64,000 nt of DNA from a virus. Positions within the stretch are counted from its first letter, which is position 1, and each line of letters opens with the position of its first letter. Below are positions 38,716 through 49,303 of the stretch, piece after piece. The stretch is taken from positions 1 through 64,000 of IMG/VR virus record IMGVR_UViG_3300025128_005882. One strand, written 5' to 3'. The notes beneath the pieces are model-generated. The model had not been told where the DNA came from and did no database searches. It saw only the letters and a list, made by a program, of their open reading frames with translations. The position numbers and the translations under genes are program-made.

Positions 38716-39729
38716 TTATCCCGGAGCCTCATAGTGGCCCACGCTAAATCCTTTGGCGGTGCATCTTTTTACGGTTTCATTCATTCCGTGCTTTTTAAGG
38801 TGCTCCTCTGTATATATACACATATTTTGGTCTGTTCCCGGCCAGTTGTTCTTATAAAAATGACAAAGCTTATTGCACTTCCAATGTTTTCTTGAGTAAG
38901 ACATTGGCTTTGGCTCTTGATTTCTGCTGATCTGCTGAAATCTTAGCTTTAACATCTCCAAAAACTTTTCTTGGTCTTTCTTGTCAAAGCACATCGAGAA
39001 AGGCCCGCCATCTCTAATATAGAATATCGTCATGATTGACTGCTCATAATCAGGAAATAGTTTTGATATTGCGTAATTATATAGTAATAATTGGGGGTCT
39101 GAACATAGCTTCTCATATGTCTTCTCTTCGCCCGTTGCCCAGTCAAGCCTTCTTCCTGTTTTCCAGTCAACGACTTCAATTATACCATCGTCTACCTCAG
39201 TTACAAGATCTATCGTACCTTTTATTGCCAAGTTCCCTGTAATTTTTTGTCCATCGGGCATTTCGTAGTCGAACTTAGCCCAATCTTCTTCTATCTCAAT
39301 ATCAAAGTGTGGCTCAGCGGCAACAATCTTTCTGTTTCTGGGATCAAAAATCCCATTATTATATTCAATCGCTTCCCAAGTCAACTCTTTGCAGAATTTA
39401 TAATCTGACTTAGTATACTTATGAGTGCAGTTACTAGTGTACCAATCAAAACTTTGCTGCAAAATATCGTTTACAAAATCCTCACTTTTTAGTTTTTTGC
39501 GGTTAAACTTTATATCGCCAAGCGCATCGTCAGCAAGTAGCATCTTCTTGCTATCCTGCTGTAGGTGTTGACAACCCGCTAGCACCTCCATAACTTTGTG
39601 AACCACAGTCCCAAGCTGAGCTTTTTTGCCAGAGGTGGATTGGTGGCCAAGCACGTAAGTCAGAAAATATTGCATCTGACAATACGAGTAGTTATTAAAA
39701 CTTGAACTTCTTATGTAAGTCACTAACAT
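38716..39729 (-). CDS. PD-(D/E)XK exonuclease (Cas4/AddB-like, Cys cluster)
   Basis: GTVVH, KGTIDL, VDWKTG, QLLLY; N-terminal Cys plus C-terminal CxxxC...C. Confidence 0.85.
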   Translation of the reverse strand: MLVTYIRSSSFNNYSYCQMQYFLTYVLGHQSTSGKKAQLGTVVHKVMEVLAGCQHLQQDSKKMLLADDALGDIKFNRKKLKSEDFVNDILQQSFDWYTSNCTHKYTKSDYKFCKELTWEAIEYNNGIFDPRNRKIVAAEPHFDIEIEEDWAKFDYEMPDGQKITGNLAIKGTIDLVTEVDDGIIEVVDWKTGRRLDWATGEEKTYEKLCSDPQLLLYNYAISKLFPDYEQSIMTIFYIRDGGPFSMCFDKKDQEKFLEMLKLRFQQISRNQEPKPMSYSRKHWKCNKLCHFYKNNWPGTDQNMCIYTEEHLKKHGMNETVKRCTAKGFSVGHYEAPG

Positions 39730-40475
39730 GTGATCTCCAGTTCGCTATAAATTTTAGCCAGAGCATTAAACAGACTAGTCATGTCTGTATTATTGACCAC
39801 GTAGTCAAAGTTGCTCCAGTCGTAGTTTTCTTTATCAAGAGCGTTTTCACTTGAGTGACTATCCTGAGTAAACTCTCTAGTCAATCTTATTACTTTGCCT
39901 CCAGCATCCTTTATTGATTCTACCTCGTTCGGAAATCTCACATCCGCTATTATGGCTAAGTCACTCTTTTCTCTGGTTATAGTTTTGATTGCATATTCTA
40001 CCCAAACATTGTTGTACATCTTCCTCATAATGTCAGTTCCAAAGTACTGCAATAATTCTCTTGAGGTCATTGCTCCTCTATTCTTATTAAGGCTGCTATT
40101 ACTCCAAGTCGGAACGTCCTCCCATAGGACTTTTGTCTGCGTGTTCTTATCGTCTTCGGTGCCATATACTTGGCTTCTAGTGAGACCGAAGAACTCCATA
40201 CACAACAATTTTAAGCCGTCAGCAAAGCTGTATAATTTTACATGGGGCCACATATTATAATTAGCATATTCAACAAAAGAAGAATCTTTTCTGGTGACAT
40301 CTAAAAGTCCATACTCCTCATCTCCTTCAATGTCTGTTTTAATTACAAGCGCGCCATTGTTGTCGATATTAAAATCTTCTACCATGCCCATTTTCTTTAA
40401 TACTAGCCCGTGAAGGTAGTTTGCGGCGGTGTTTTTGCCAGCTTGTTTCTTTCCAGATATTCCAATTATATTCAT
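39723..40475 (-). CDS. Deoxynucleoside monophosphate kinase
   Basis: GKKQAGK, SFADGLK, RELLQYFGTD, DVRFPNE, HSSE. Confidence 0.88.
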   Translation of the reverse strand: MNIIGISGKKQAGKNTAANYLHGLVLKKMGMVEDFNIDNNGALVIKTDIEGDEEYGLLDVTRKDSSFVEYANYNMWPHVKLYSFADGLKLLCMEFFGLTRSQVYGTEDDKNTQTKVLWEDVPTWSNSSLNKNRGAMTSRELLQYFGTDIMRKMYNNVWVEYAIKTITREKSDLAIIADVRFPNEVESIKDAGGKVIRLTREFTQDSHSSENALDKENYDWSNFDYVVNNTDMTSLFNALAKIYSELEITC

Positions 40476-41491
40476 TAATACATACCTTTTAGTTGCGGTA
40501 ACACGTTTGTTTTTATATCTTCTACAGACATATCTCCAACATCTTTTCTAGATAGTCTTGGAAATACGACTTTGAACATTCTGCTCATGTCCCTTTGTAT
40601 TTTCATCTTCGCTTCTCTTCCGGCTTGATCGTTGTCAGTAAGAACAACCAGCTTTGTAATGCCACTTTTTTCAAGTATCGACTTCTGCACTGGACTTACT
40701 GATTTGCCAAATATACTTATGGCGTTTTTAACGCCAGCTTCGTAAAGTTTCCAAACATCCCCTTGGCCTTCAGTTATAAATAAACAAGACTTTTCTTGCG
40801 CTTTTTGTATAGCTCTATGATAATTGTAAAGGTATTTGTTTTTATTGAACCCTCTAGTAAAAAGAAACTTGGGCTTCAAAAAACTCTGCATTGACCTACC
40901 TATGTAGGCCACAACCTTTTCACCATTCAGCGAGTGTACTGGTATAATGGCTCTGGACACCATAGAAGATTTCTTCTGCACACAGTCGCCCACTTGGAAA
41001 TGAAGCAATGTAGAGTCTGCAAAGCCTCTTGACTGAAAGTAATCTGAGGGATGCATAACGTTACAATCTATCCGAACTTCCTGATCGTCGTAGGAGGGGA
41101 CGTCCTCTTTGGAGAACATCTTGACCATAGAGACAAACTGGTCATCCTCTTCTTGCTTTTCTACATGCACAGACTTATTATCTATATTCAATATTTTACA
41201 AGCCCATTTAAGTGCGCCGCTAAAACCTACGTCAGACTCTGCCTCAACAGATAAGACTCCTCTTATGAGTCCAAATATGTCATTGCCAAATTCTTGCTGG
41301 CATCCTCTAGTCCAACAGCTCCAGATATGCCTATCAGAATTGTAGGAAAAACTGTTTGGGTTATCACTGTCTTCATGTACTGGGCAAGAACAAGTTATAT
41401 TCTGTCCATTCTTTTGATAGTCTATTTCTAGCTCTGAAAATACCAACTCAAGATTATTCCCAAGGAGCTTTTTGATCTTCTTCAAGTCCAT
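40475..41491 (-). CDS. dnaG: DNA primase (CHC2 zinc finger plus TOPRIM)
   Basis: CPVH...CWTRGC, TEGQGD, DNDQAG. Confidence 0.88.
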   Translation of the reverse strand: MDLKKIKKLLGNNLELVFSELEIDYQKNGQNITCSCPVHEDSDNPNSFSYNSDRHIWSCWTRGCQQEFGNDIFGLIRGVLSVEAESDVGFSGALKWACKILNIDNKSVHVEKQEEDDQFVSMVKMFSKEDVPSYDDQEVRIDCNVMHPSDYFQSRGFADSTLLHFQVGDCVQKKSSMVSRAIIPVHSLNGEKVVAYIGRSMQSFLKPKFLFTRGFNKNKYLYNYHRAIQKAQEKSCLFITEGQGDVWKLYEAGVKNAISIFGKSVSPVQKSILEKSGITKLVVLTDNDQAGREAKMKIQRDMSRMFKVVFPRLSRKDVGDMSVEDIKTNVLPQLKGMY

Positions 41492-42944
41492 CCTCTTCTA
41501 CCTCCTCGTTAACATTATCTAAGTTTTCAACATCTATTAAACCAGTATCTTCTGATGGCATCACAAGAAATTCATTTCTAGTTCTTAGCTCTTGCAGTTT
41601 TGCATGTTCGCCAAGCATCCGCATATTGATGTAGTCTCCGTCGTCTAAACCTGCGCCATGTCTTGAGACAATGGGAACAAGCTTCCTGTTCCCTGCTCTT
41701 GGGCCGTCTTCAGCCAGCTCCTCTGGCGATTTTATTTTAAATATGGAGAATGATGTACATAACCAAATAAGTCTGTCAGAACCGCTTACAGCATCGGTGG
41801 ACTCTTTTGTAATACCGTCTCTGTTTAATTGCACAAACGATAGGCAGGGGAAGTCGTACTTGACAGCCAAGTTATGAAGGTTTGTTATTTGAAAACCGAG
41901 AGCTTGATATTCTTGTATATTATTTGTTATTGATGTAGAAGACATAAGTTTTAAATAGTCATAAACAACTACACAATCATTTGTTCTTCCATTTTCATCT
42001 TGTTTTACATCTTGTATAATCCAGCGTTTAATAATATTTAGTATCTGCTCAAATGGTTTGCCCGCAACACTGACGTAGTTATAAGGTATGTCTTGTATCT
42101 GTTCAACAGCTTCGTGAACTCTCTGACTCTTCTCGTCGTCATCTACAAACTTACCAGTAGCTACTTCGTTGATCGGAACTCCGCTTAGGTTGGCTATGAT
42201 TCTGTTAAGATGATCCTCTTTTGACATTTCAGTATCTAGAACCAATACTGGTGTTCCTTCTCTTGCTACGTTGACGGCAACATTGTCTGCAAAAACACTT
42301 TTACCGACCTTTGGTCTAGCGGCTACCAGATCTACGCATTTTCTTCTTAGTCCACCGCCTATTGCTATATCGTATCTTGGAAACCCCGTTGGTACGCCTA
42401 TAACATCACACTTATTCTCAGATAAGTATTCAATGTAATCTGTTATATCTTTGCCAATCTTCTCAGGCTTTTCTCCTCCATCGTCCTCCCTGAGAAAATC
42501 CATTACAGGCTCTTCTAGTTTCTGGATAATTTCGTCGATAGTCTCGCTACCGTTGATTTTGTCTACGTCTTTGTGTATCTTGTCTGTTAGTTTTTTAATC
42601 TTGCGAGCAAACTCAAACTTCTTTATCTGTACAGCGAAATTAAAAATGTTGTCTTGACTTACTGGAAAATCAAAAAGAGACTTTATGTATTCAAGCTCTG
42701 ATTTGGACTCTACTCGTTCTGAGTGCCCAAGTCTTGATGCCGCAGATAATACAGATGGGAGATCAACGTCAAGATTGTTTTCAATTACATCTTTTACGCA
42801 AGTAAACAAAACTTGATTATTAGGAATACCAAATGTGTAGCTATCAACAATATCAGCAACTTCAACATAAGCATCTATGCCATGCTGAAATAATCCAGCA
42901 AGCAAAGCTCTTTCTGCTCCAGCGTCTGTTAAATGTTGTTCCAT
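41454..42944 (-). CDS. dnaB: Replicative DNA helicase
   Basis: AERALL, PTGF, AARPKVGKS, TEM, YDYLKL, QLNR. Confidence 0.92.
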   Translation of the reverse strand: MEQHLTDAGAERALLAGLFQHGIDAYVEVADIVDSYTFGIPNNQVLFTCVKDVIENNLDVDLPSVLSAASRLGHSERVESKSELEYIKSLFDFPVSQDNIFNFAVQIKKFEFARKIKKLTDKIHKDVDKINGSETIDEIIQKLEEPVMDFLREDDGGEKPEKIGKDITDYIEYLSENKCDVIGVPTGFPRYDIAIGGGLRRKCVDLVAARPKVGKSVFADNVAVNVAREGTPVLVLDTEMSKEDHLNRIIANLSGVPINEVATGKFVDDDEKSQRVHEAVEQIQDIPYNYVSVAGKPFEQILNIIKRWIIQDVKQDENGRTNDCVVVYDYLKLMSSTSITNNIQEYQALGFQITNLHNLAVKYDFPCLSFVQLNRDGITKESTDAVSGSDRLIWLCTSFSIFKIKSPEELAEDGPRAGNRKLVPIVSRHGAGLDDGDYINMRMLGEHAKLQELRTRNEFLVMPSEDTGLIDVENLDNVNEEVEEDGLEEDQKAPWE

Positions 42945-42946
42945 CA

Positions 42947-43300
42947 CTACCTCCCTATACACCTATCGCAGCGCCAGAATTCTCCGCTGATTAAGCTAGG
43001 GTGTACCGAAAATACTTTGCCACATACGTGACACTTCTTTTCAACCTTGTGCGCTTTTTTCCTGTTTCTTGGAGTTGGCTCAATATCTGGAGTATCAATG
43101 TCTTTGTGTTCACCGTTGTCGCTCCAAGTATTCTTTCTAGCCTTTACAGTTTCTCTTCTCGGCCCTGATTCTTTTCGCTGCACTCTGAAGTTACTGTCTA
43201 CTGAAACATCCTCATCATCGGCAACGCTCTCTTGCACTTCTTCTTGTTTTTTAGCAAGTAGCTTTTGCAGCTCCTCTATGCTTAAATCTTCTGGATTCAT
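42947..43300 (-). CDS. Zinc-finger hypothetical protein
   Basis: CHVC...CDRC. Confidence 0.6.
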   Translation of the reverse strand: MNPEDLSIEELQKLLAKKQEEVQESVADDEDVSVDSNFRVQRKESGPRRETVKARKNTWSDNGEHKDIDTPDIEPTPRNRKKAHKVEKKCHVCGKVFSVHPSLISGEFWRCDRCIGR

Positions 43301-43779
43301 AGTCTTTTAGCCCTTTCTAGCAAGATGTCGCCCTGACGCTTCAGTTCGTAAACCTTGCCCTCTAATGATTGTAACCTTGATTCCGCAACCAATCTCATTT
43401 GATCTACACTTGCGGCATAGCTATTTTCACGTATGATGATTTGTCTTTTTACGTCGTGTTTAGTATACTGATCAAAGTTATTTAAGTTTGCTGCGACCAG
43501 CTTTTCTATTTGGTCATTGCACCAACTCAGGGCAACCTTGTTCTTGTTGATTTCATCTTGGATATAAGTAGAATACCCATACAGCAAATATGCTGAATCA
43601 AACATTTCTTGAGATGTCATTTTTGACATATCGCCCGTGGTCAAATTAGAGGCCACGATATACTCTACATTAAAAGAAGAATAAGAAACATTGGACATAG
43701 CTATGTATTCATCTATGCCTTTTATGTGTTCTGCTAATCTTTCAGATGCCTTTAATTGTGTTTCTCCACTCATCGTCAT
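43297..43779 (-). CDS. Coiled-coil protein, possibly UvsY-like recombination mediator
   Basis: All-helical, located between RecA and DnaB. Confidence 0.35.
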   Translation of the reverse strand: MTMSGETQLKASERLAEHIKGIDEYIAMSNVSYSSFNVEYIVASNLTTGDMSKMTSQEMFDSAYLLYGYSTYIQDEINKNKVALSWCNDQIEKLVAANLNNFDQYTKHDVKRQIIIRENSYAASVDQMRLVAESRLQSLEGKVYELKRQGDILLERAKRL

Positions 43780-44164
43780 TCTCCGAATATTTCAATGTAA
43801 CTAATTCAATATCGTTAAGTTCACACCACTCTATCTTGTCTTCATCTCTAGCCTTTGCAAGCAGAAAGTCTGCCTTGGTTGTATGGAAGAATGGTATGTG
43901 TTCGTAATGTTGCCTCCCGTGCACCTCAAAAGCTTTCCGTATGTTAGGAATAAAAAAATCTAAATACAATACAGAACGCTTGTTTGTTGAGGTACTTCCG
44001 GGAAGCTTTACTTCTTCAAGAAGTCTGTAGCTATGATAAATCTCCTTAATAAGATGTCTGGCTCTGATATGGTGTTTTGATCTTTTGCGGGTATCATTAG
44101 CCTTGACATCATACTTGGAGAGATTCAAATTGTACTCTCTACCATTGAAGCCTGTTACTTTCAA
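43742..44164 (-). CDS. Vsr/DUF559-like endonuclease
   Basis: LYLDFF, FEVHGRQH, RDEDK..WC..NDI. Confidence 0.75.
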   Translation of the reverse strand: MKVTGFNGREYNLNLSKYDVKANDTRKRSKHHIRARHLIKEIYHSYRLLEEVKLPGSTSTNKRSVLYLDFFIPNIRKAFEVHGRQHYEHIPFFHTTKADFLLAKARDEDKIEWCELNDIELVTLKYSENDDEWRNTIKGI

Positions 44165-45267
44165 AACAGCTCCTTAATTTTCTCGTATATAAAGTCGCAA
44201 ACTTGTGGATTTTCGTTTAGGAATTCTGTAAGGTTGTTAACGCCTTGAAACTTGAAGAACCTTTCAATATCTTCTTCTTTCTCGCCCACCTCATTCGATC
44301 CTAGTAGTTTAGCTATGACTGGCTCTTCCTTCTCGTCAATAGCACACTGAATAGTGTACCAAGCTCCAGCAGTCTTTATCAACCTAAACTCACAAGCTAT
44401 CTGCACTACCTCTTGTACCTCGTCTATGCCTATGCCATATCTAATCCAGCTCTCGGCAGTAGAGTTTGGTATACCTCCGGCGTTTGAGGTTTTAATATTC
44501 CAGTTTGCGATTTGTCCTACGTGTGGCCCAGTCTGTGCAGGAACCTGCCATTTTCCACGATGTGTGATAATCATATTTGTTCCGGCTTGATATTGCAACA
44601 TATTACCGCAGTCTGCCATTTTCATTGGCGCGTATCTACTACCGCTAGTATTGGCGATATTGTGAGTGATGCAGATAATAATTGTTTTGTTCTTCGTGAC
44701 AGAGCCGCCAATGCGCTTAAAGAACATTGATAGGAGCCTTGGTAATGCGTTGCGAACTCCAGTTCTGACCTCTCCCTCAAGTTCAATTTTAGGAACCATA
44801 TTGGACATAGAGTCAACGATAATAACACACTCTGGATCATTATTGATATAGTATTCAATAATATTCAAGAAGTCTTCTGCTGATAAAACTCTATCATCTG
44901 TAGACTCTACGATTAGTATCTTGTCTGGGTCTAGCCCTTTGATGCCTTCAAAGTTTTGCTTAGCTAGACGACCCTCCGTGTTGGCGTAGATAATCTTCTT
45001 GCCTAACTTTTGACACTTGGCGGCAAAGCATAAAGCTGTTGTTGTCTTCCCACTCTTGGGGTCGCCTGTCATAACTACACAGCTACCCTCTCTTAAGCCA
45101 CCTCCTAGCGCTATATCCAACGCTGGAGACAATCCAATTACCTGTAGGTTGTTAAGATTGCTGAGGACTTCTGATCCCGTTCTTACCACGTCGCCATAAG
45201 TAGAGACGACGGTGCTGCTGACTACGTCTTCAACAAATTTACTTGTCTTCTTCTTTCTTGCCATCAA
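44161..45267 (-). CDS. recA: RecA/UvsX-family recombinase
   Basis: LDIALGGG, GDPKSGKTT, IIVDS, AGAWY. Confidence 0.88.
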   Translation of the reverse strand: MMARKKKTSKFVEDVVSSTVVSTYGDVVRTGSEVLSNLNNLQVIGLSPALDIALGGGLREGSCVVMTGDPKSGKTTTALCFAAKCQKLGKKIIYANTEGRLAKQNFEGIKGLDPDKILIVESTDDRVLSAEDFLNIIEYYINNDPECVIIVDSMSNMVPKIELEGEVRTGVRNALPRLLSMFFKRIGGSVTKNKTIIICITHNIANTSGSRYAPMKMADCGNMLQYQAGTNMIITHRGKWQVPAQTGPHVGQIANWNIKTSNAGGIPNSTAESWIRYGIGIDEVQEVVQIACEFRLIKTAGAWYTIQCAIDEKEEPVIAKLLGSNEVGEKEEDIERFFKFQGVNNLTEFLNENPQVCDFIYEKIKELF

Positions 45268-45691
45268 TATCTCTCAATCTTTTCAAACTGTTTTTCTTAC
45301 CGTAGGATGAAGACCGAGACTTCGGCTTATCCTGTACATCTATTATAGTACGATTACGGTTTTCAGACTCAATTATTTTTTGATATTTATCAATTACGCG
45401 CTCAATATTTGGATACCGAAGAGAATATACGTTCTTCAGCTCGTTAGAATTTAGGGCTTTAACTATGGCGGCGCAGTCGTATTTAGATGCCAGCCGATTA
45501 GCTAGAATAACTTGGAATGAATAAGTCTTTTTCCACTTGTTAGTGTTCCAAAACTTGTAGGCTTGAGTGCCTTCATTTTCTTTTTGAGCCATGCGTGTAC
45601 ACATGATTTCAGCTATGTACTGCGAACACGTACAATATTCCCCAGTTGATGGAGAAACATACTTGCTTTTATCGCTTCGTTCCTTCGCCAT
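45239..45691 (-). CDS. Hypothetical protein
   Basis: Intact overlapping ORF in the operon. Confidence 0.6.
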   Translation of the reverse strand: MAKERSDKSKYVSPSTGEYCTCSQYIAEIMCTRMAQKENEGTQAYKFWNTNKWKKTYSFQVILANRLASKYDCAAIVKALNSNELKNVYSLRYPNIERVIDKYQKIIESENRNRTIIDVQDKPKSRSSSYGKKNSLKRLRDIDGKKEEDK

Positions 45692-46094
45692 TGTAAATCA
45701 TCGCCTCTTCAAAACAACCTTCAATAGTATCTTCGTATTCTTTTTCAACAATTAACTCTGGAGTTAACCACATCTTTTTATGTACTACTCCGTCAACAAG
45801 TGCCCCAGTCGTCAGATAATCTTTAGATCTCTGCCCTATCTGCCCCATTACCGAGCGAACTAGATATACAGCGTCAGCATCAGCAATGTCAACTTCTTCT
45901 AAGTGAGACCTAAACTGTAAAGCTAACTTTATAAGCTCCAAACCTTCTGATGAACATATCTGCTTTACCTTTAGCCAGTCGTCATAATCAGAAAAGTATA
46001 TATCTCTGCCGTTAGATAGCTGGACGTTTATAAAAACTTCTTTTTCCCCAGCTCCTCTTATTACCTTCTTAAATTCCTGTTTTCCTTCTATCAT
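45669..46094 (-). CDS. Hypothetical protein
   Basis: Intact overlapping ORF. Confidence 0.6.
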   Translation of the reverse strand: MIEGKQEFKKVIRGAGEKEVFINVQLSNGRDIYFSDYDDWLKVKQICSSEGLELIKLALQFRSHLEEVDIADADAVYLVRSVMGQIGQRSKDYLTTGALVDGVVHKKMWLTPELIVEKEYEDTIEGCFEEAMIYNGEGTKR

Positions 46095-46402
46095 TCTTTC
46101 TTAGTTCCTGTAGTACAAGATTGTCTTTTAAGGTCTGCTCTAGTGATTGACTTACCTTTGCCTCTCATTTCGTCAGAGATGTTTGAAGCATTTTCTGTCA
46201 TTATGGTAATGCCATCTTGTCTAGCCATTTGTCCACCCGCCGTATGCATCTCAGGCTCTTTAGCTTTAGCCTTTTCAATATGCTTAGAAATGGAGTTAAC
46301 TGGTCTATCCAGCTCCTTTGCTATTTCCTTAGCTTCCATGGATTTGTAGTGTCCCTCGACATAGTATTTTTCCGCTTTTCCTAGTGGCCCTTTTTTAGTC
46401 AT
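46091..46402 (-). CDS. HTH-like hypothetical protein
   Basis: AKEIAKELDRPVNSI. Confidence 0.55.
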   Translation of the reverse strand: MTKKGPLGKAEKYYVEGHYKSMEAKEIAKELDRPVNSISKHIEKAKAKEPEMHTAGGQMARQDGITIMTENASNISDEMRGKGKSITRADLKRQSCTTGTKKE

Positions 46403-46742
46403 TTAAAAAGCTCCTTTGTGCTCTTGTTAAATATAATGAATTCTTAGTGTTTAAATATAGCATATAAAAGTCAAACGTGTTTTTACTCACTCTTGACATT
46501 TTTAATTCTATTGCTGATTCTCTATGCGAGTACATTCCATTTGGATCGTACAGACCTCCTTGAAATGTTTGCGCGTAGTATGATTGCTTTACCTCGCCCT
46601 TGTTAAACTTATCAACTATTACCTTAGACATTGGTGTTTCTCGCTTATTCAACACCGGCTCTCCATGTCTACCAAATAGTTTTTCAGTTTTGGTTTCTTT
46701 GTTTACAAACTTATCAACATTAGGGTCTAAGTATTTATTCAT
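46395..46742 (-). CDS. Hypothetical protein
   Basis: Intact overlapping ORF. Confidence 0.6.
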   Translation of the reverse strand: MNKYLDPNVDKFVNKETKTEKLFGRHGEPVLNKRETPMSKVIVDKFNKGEVKQSYYAQTFQGGLYDPNGMYSHRESAIELKMSRVSKNTFDFYMLYLNTKNSLYLTRAQRSFLND

Positions 46743-47101
46743 TTCTTGCCTTTCATGATGTAATTAGTCTTTTGTTCAGGAGTCATTTTGTTTATTTCTG
46801 TCTTATTGGCTGTAGCGTGCTTACCCCACACATTCGTTTGCTCTTTGGCGGCTTGTTTTTCCTTTACCTTTGTTTCCATTTCCGACCTTTTGTAGTGTCC
46901 CATCTTTTTTGTGTTCCTGTCAGCAAGCTGACCTATTGTTGAAACATTTTCTACGAAAGCCGCGCGGCCACCAAAGATTACTCTAGCTAGGGCGTGCTCA
47001 CCACATTCTTCGCACAAAGTTAATGGGTCGTCTTTAATAGATTGTAGCACGTTTTTGACTTCGTGTCCACAGCTTTTACAAACATAGTCATAATTAATCA
47101 T
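46739..47101 (-). CDS. FmdB-family zinc-ribbon protein
   Basis: YDYVCKSCG...QSIKDDPL..CEECG. Confidence 0.8.
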   Translation of the reverse strand: MINYDYVCKSCGHEVKNVLQSIKDDPLTLCEECGEHALARVIFGGRAAFVENVSTIGQLADRNTKKMGHYKRSEMETKVKEKQAAKEQTNVWGKHATANKTEINKMTPEQKTNYIMKGKK

Positions 47102-47768
47102 AGTAATCTTCCTCTAGAGCCTCAAGGACTCTACCAATTATTCCGTTTCTTTGTATGTCTTCATAGTATAAGCGGCTAACGCCCACACCCTCTATTCCCT
47201 CAAGCTTATCGACACATTCTAGTAGGCCGCTAAACTTTTTTATATCCGTTTGCCGTATATCTCCATTAATTAAAACCTTAGAGTTCTCACCCATTCTAGT
47301 TATAAACATTTTTATTTGTGCTAAAGTACAGTTCTGTGCCTCATCTAGTATCATATACGCTTCATGAAATGTCGCGCCTCTCATTACTTCAAGTGGTTCA
47401 TATCTGATTCTACCGTCGTTAAAAAGTTTTCCGTAGTAGTCTCTACCGAGGAAGTGCTTTAGGTTTTCCTCCATAGGTAGTAAGTACGGTTTAATTTTTT
47501 CATCTAGCTCGCCGGGCAGTGATCCAATATCTTGTCCCGCACACACTAACGGTCTAGTCACTATGATCTGATCTACTTCATCTCTGTATATATGATTTGC
47601 AGCTATGCCTGCGGCAATATAAGATTTACCACTGCCAGAAGGCCCAGTACAAAATATAACATCGTTTTCTACTATATCTCTAATATAGTCTTTTTGGTTG
47701 ATAGTCTTAGCTGTTATAGGAACAATTCTTCGTCTATCGTTCTTTTGTTGCTTGCGAGATTTTCTCAT
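47094..47768 (-). CDS. phoH: PhoH-family ATPase
   Basis: GPSGSGKS, LPG, MRGATF, DEAQN, TRMG, GD..Q.D. Confidence 0.92.
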   Translation of the reverse strand: MRKSRKQQKNDRRRIVPITAKTINQKDYIRDIVENDVIFCTGPSGSGKSYIAAGIAANHIYRDEVDQIIVTRPLVCAGQDIGSLPGELDEKIKPYLLPMEENLKHFLGRDYYGKLFNDGRIRYEPLEVMRGATFHEAYMILDEAQNCTLAQIKMFITRMGENSKVLINGDIRQTDIKKFSGLLECVDKLEGIEGVGVSRLYYEDIQRNGIIGRVLEALEEDYYD

Positions 47769-47780
47769 GCGAGCTCCTTT

Positions 47781-48227
47781 TTATTTGCCGGTACTTCCAA
47801 ATCCTCCCTCACCTCTGTCGGAGTTTTGTAGTATCTCGACTTCTTGTAACTGAAAATGCGGAACCTCTTGAAATAGAATTTGTGCAATTCTATCACCTTC
47901 TTTTATGTTCATCCATTCTCTGCTCGTGTTGAGCAGACATACTTTTATCTCTCCTCTGTATCCAGAATCAACAACCCCTGCTAAAACATCTATGCCATTC
48001 TTGACCGACATGCCAGAGCGAGGCCATATAAGTCCGACATACTCCTCTGGTATCTCCAAAGAAATGCCAGTTTTAATCGTAACCCTTTGACTTGGGGCTA
48101 TTGGTCTAGTTGTAACAGAATATAAATCCCAGCCTGCGTCACTCTGGTTTGACCTAGTTGGTACTATAGCTTTTTTTTCCGTCTTCTTTACTCTTATAGT
48201 TTTTCCTGCAAATCTTGCGTCTATCAT
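47781..48227 (-). CDS. dut: Trimeric dUTPase
   Basis: AGWDL, RSG, GVVDSGYRGE, RIAQ, RGEGGFGSTG. Confidence 0.95.
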   Translation of the reverse strand: MIDARFAGKTIRVKKTEKKAIVPTRSNQSDAGWDLYSVTTRPIAPSQRVTIKTGISLEIPEEYVGLIWPRSGMSVKNGIDVLAGVVDSGYRGEIKVCLLNTSREWMNIKEGDRIAQILFQEVPHFQLQEVEILQNSDRGEGGFGSTGK

Positions 48228-49303
48228 AGTTTCAAATCTCCAAAGTCCATATCCTCAAGGTCGTTTGTGCTTGCTCCGATTTTGTATGAAGTTATTTCAT
48301 GCTCTTGCGGTGCTACCTGAACGCCCTCACTATTTATCCACGGCTCTGTCCACCCAGCTATTGGGTTTCTTATTCCAGAGTCGTAGGGTAGTTTAATTGA
48401 TTTTCTACGGCTCATGCACAACCAATCAATGTACTTATGCATAACTGGTTCGCTAAGCCCAATAATAGAACCATCTTTGAATAGGTACGAAGCCCATTTC
48501 TTTTCTTCTGATGCTGCGCTTTCAAACATCTTTATTGCATCTTCTTCGCACTCTTTTGCTATTTGCACAAAACCCTCAGACTTTTCATTTCTTAAAATCT
48601 TTAAGATCTGTTGAGTATTGTGGAGGTGTATTGCCTCGTCTCTTTTAATGAGCTTCACTATGTCGGCGTTGCCAACCATCTTTTTATTTTCAGCAAAAGC
48701 AAACGCGCAAATGAACGAAACATAAAACCGGACAGACTCTAGAATGTTGATACTAATTAAAGTTAGGTAAATCTGTTTTTTGATATCCTCTATCTTCTTG
48801 CTGTTGCTTAGCTTTCTTAGTTTATCATATTCTTTTACTGCCACATCTGCTCTAGCGACAATTTCTTTGTCTGTCAAACAGGAGTCTAGAACCTCACTTG
48901 GGTTTGGGTATACGTTCTTAATAATATAGGTGTAGCTGTAGCTATGTATCTGCTCAAAGAATTGCCACACGTTAAGACATGCCTCAAGCTCTGGATTAGA
49001 TACATACTCCTGAATCGTCGGCACACCTCTGCATATTACGGAGTCCATCATCGTTTGATACTTAAGGTTTGAAGTGAAGATAAACCGTTCATTGTCCGAC
49101 ATCACTGAGTCGTCCTTGAAATCGTTGCGGTCTTTCTTTAGCTCAATCTCTTCTGGTCTCCAAAAAAACTCAAGCTGCTTCTTGTATAGGTCAAAAAATA
49201 CTGGATACTTAAACTTGTCATATCTTTGAAGTGAAAGGTCTTCACCTAAGAATAATGGCTGCTTAAGGGTATCTACATTCATCTTGTTCAAAATAGTTTT
49301 CAT
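48224..49303 (-). CDS. nrdB: Class Ia ribonucleotide reductase beta
   Basis: FFWRPEE, EQIHSYSY, LESVRFY, RDEAIH. Confidence 0.95.
   Translation of the reverse strand: MKTILNKMNVDTLKQPLFLGEDLSLQRYDKFKYPVFFDLYKKQLEFFWRPEEIELKKDRNDFKDDSVMSDNERFIFTSNLKYQTMMDSVICRGVPTIQEYVSNPELEACLNVWQFFEQIHSYSYTYIIKNVYPNPSEVLDSCLTDKEIVARADVAVKEYDKLRKLSNSKKIEDIKKQIYLTLISINILESVRFYVSFICAFAFAENKKMVGNADIVKLIKRDEAIHLHNTQQILKILRNEKSEGFVQIAKECEEDAIKMFESAASEEKKWASYLFKDGSIIGLSEPVMHKYIDWLCMSRRKSIKLPYDSGIRNPIAGWTEPWINSEGVQVAPQEHEITSYKIGASTNDLEDMDFGDLKL

Noticed and set aside
38716-39729. Cas4-like nuclease as part of a CRISPR-Cas system
   Set aside because: No repeat-spacer array or other cas genes seen; the context is phage replication/recombination.
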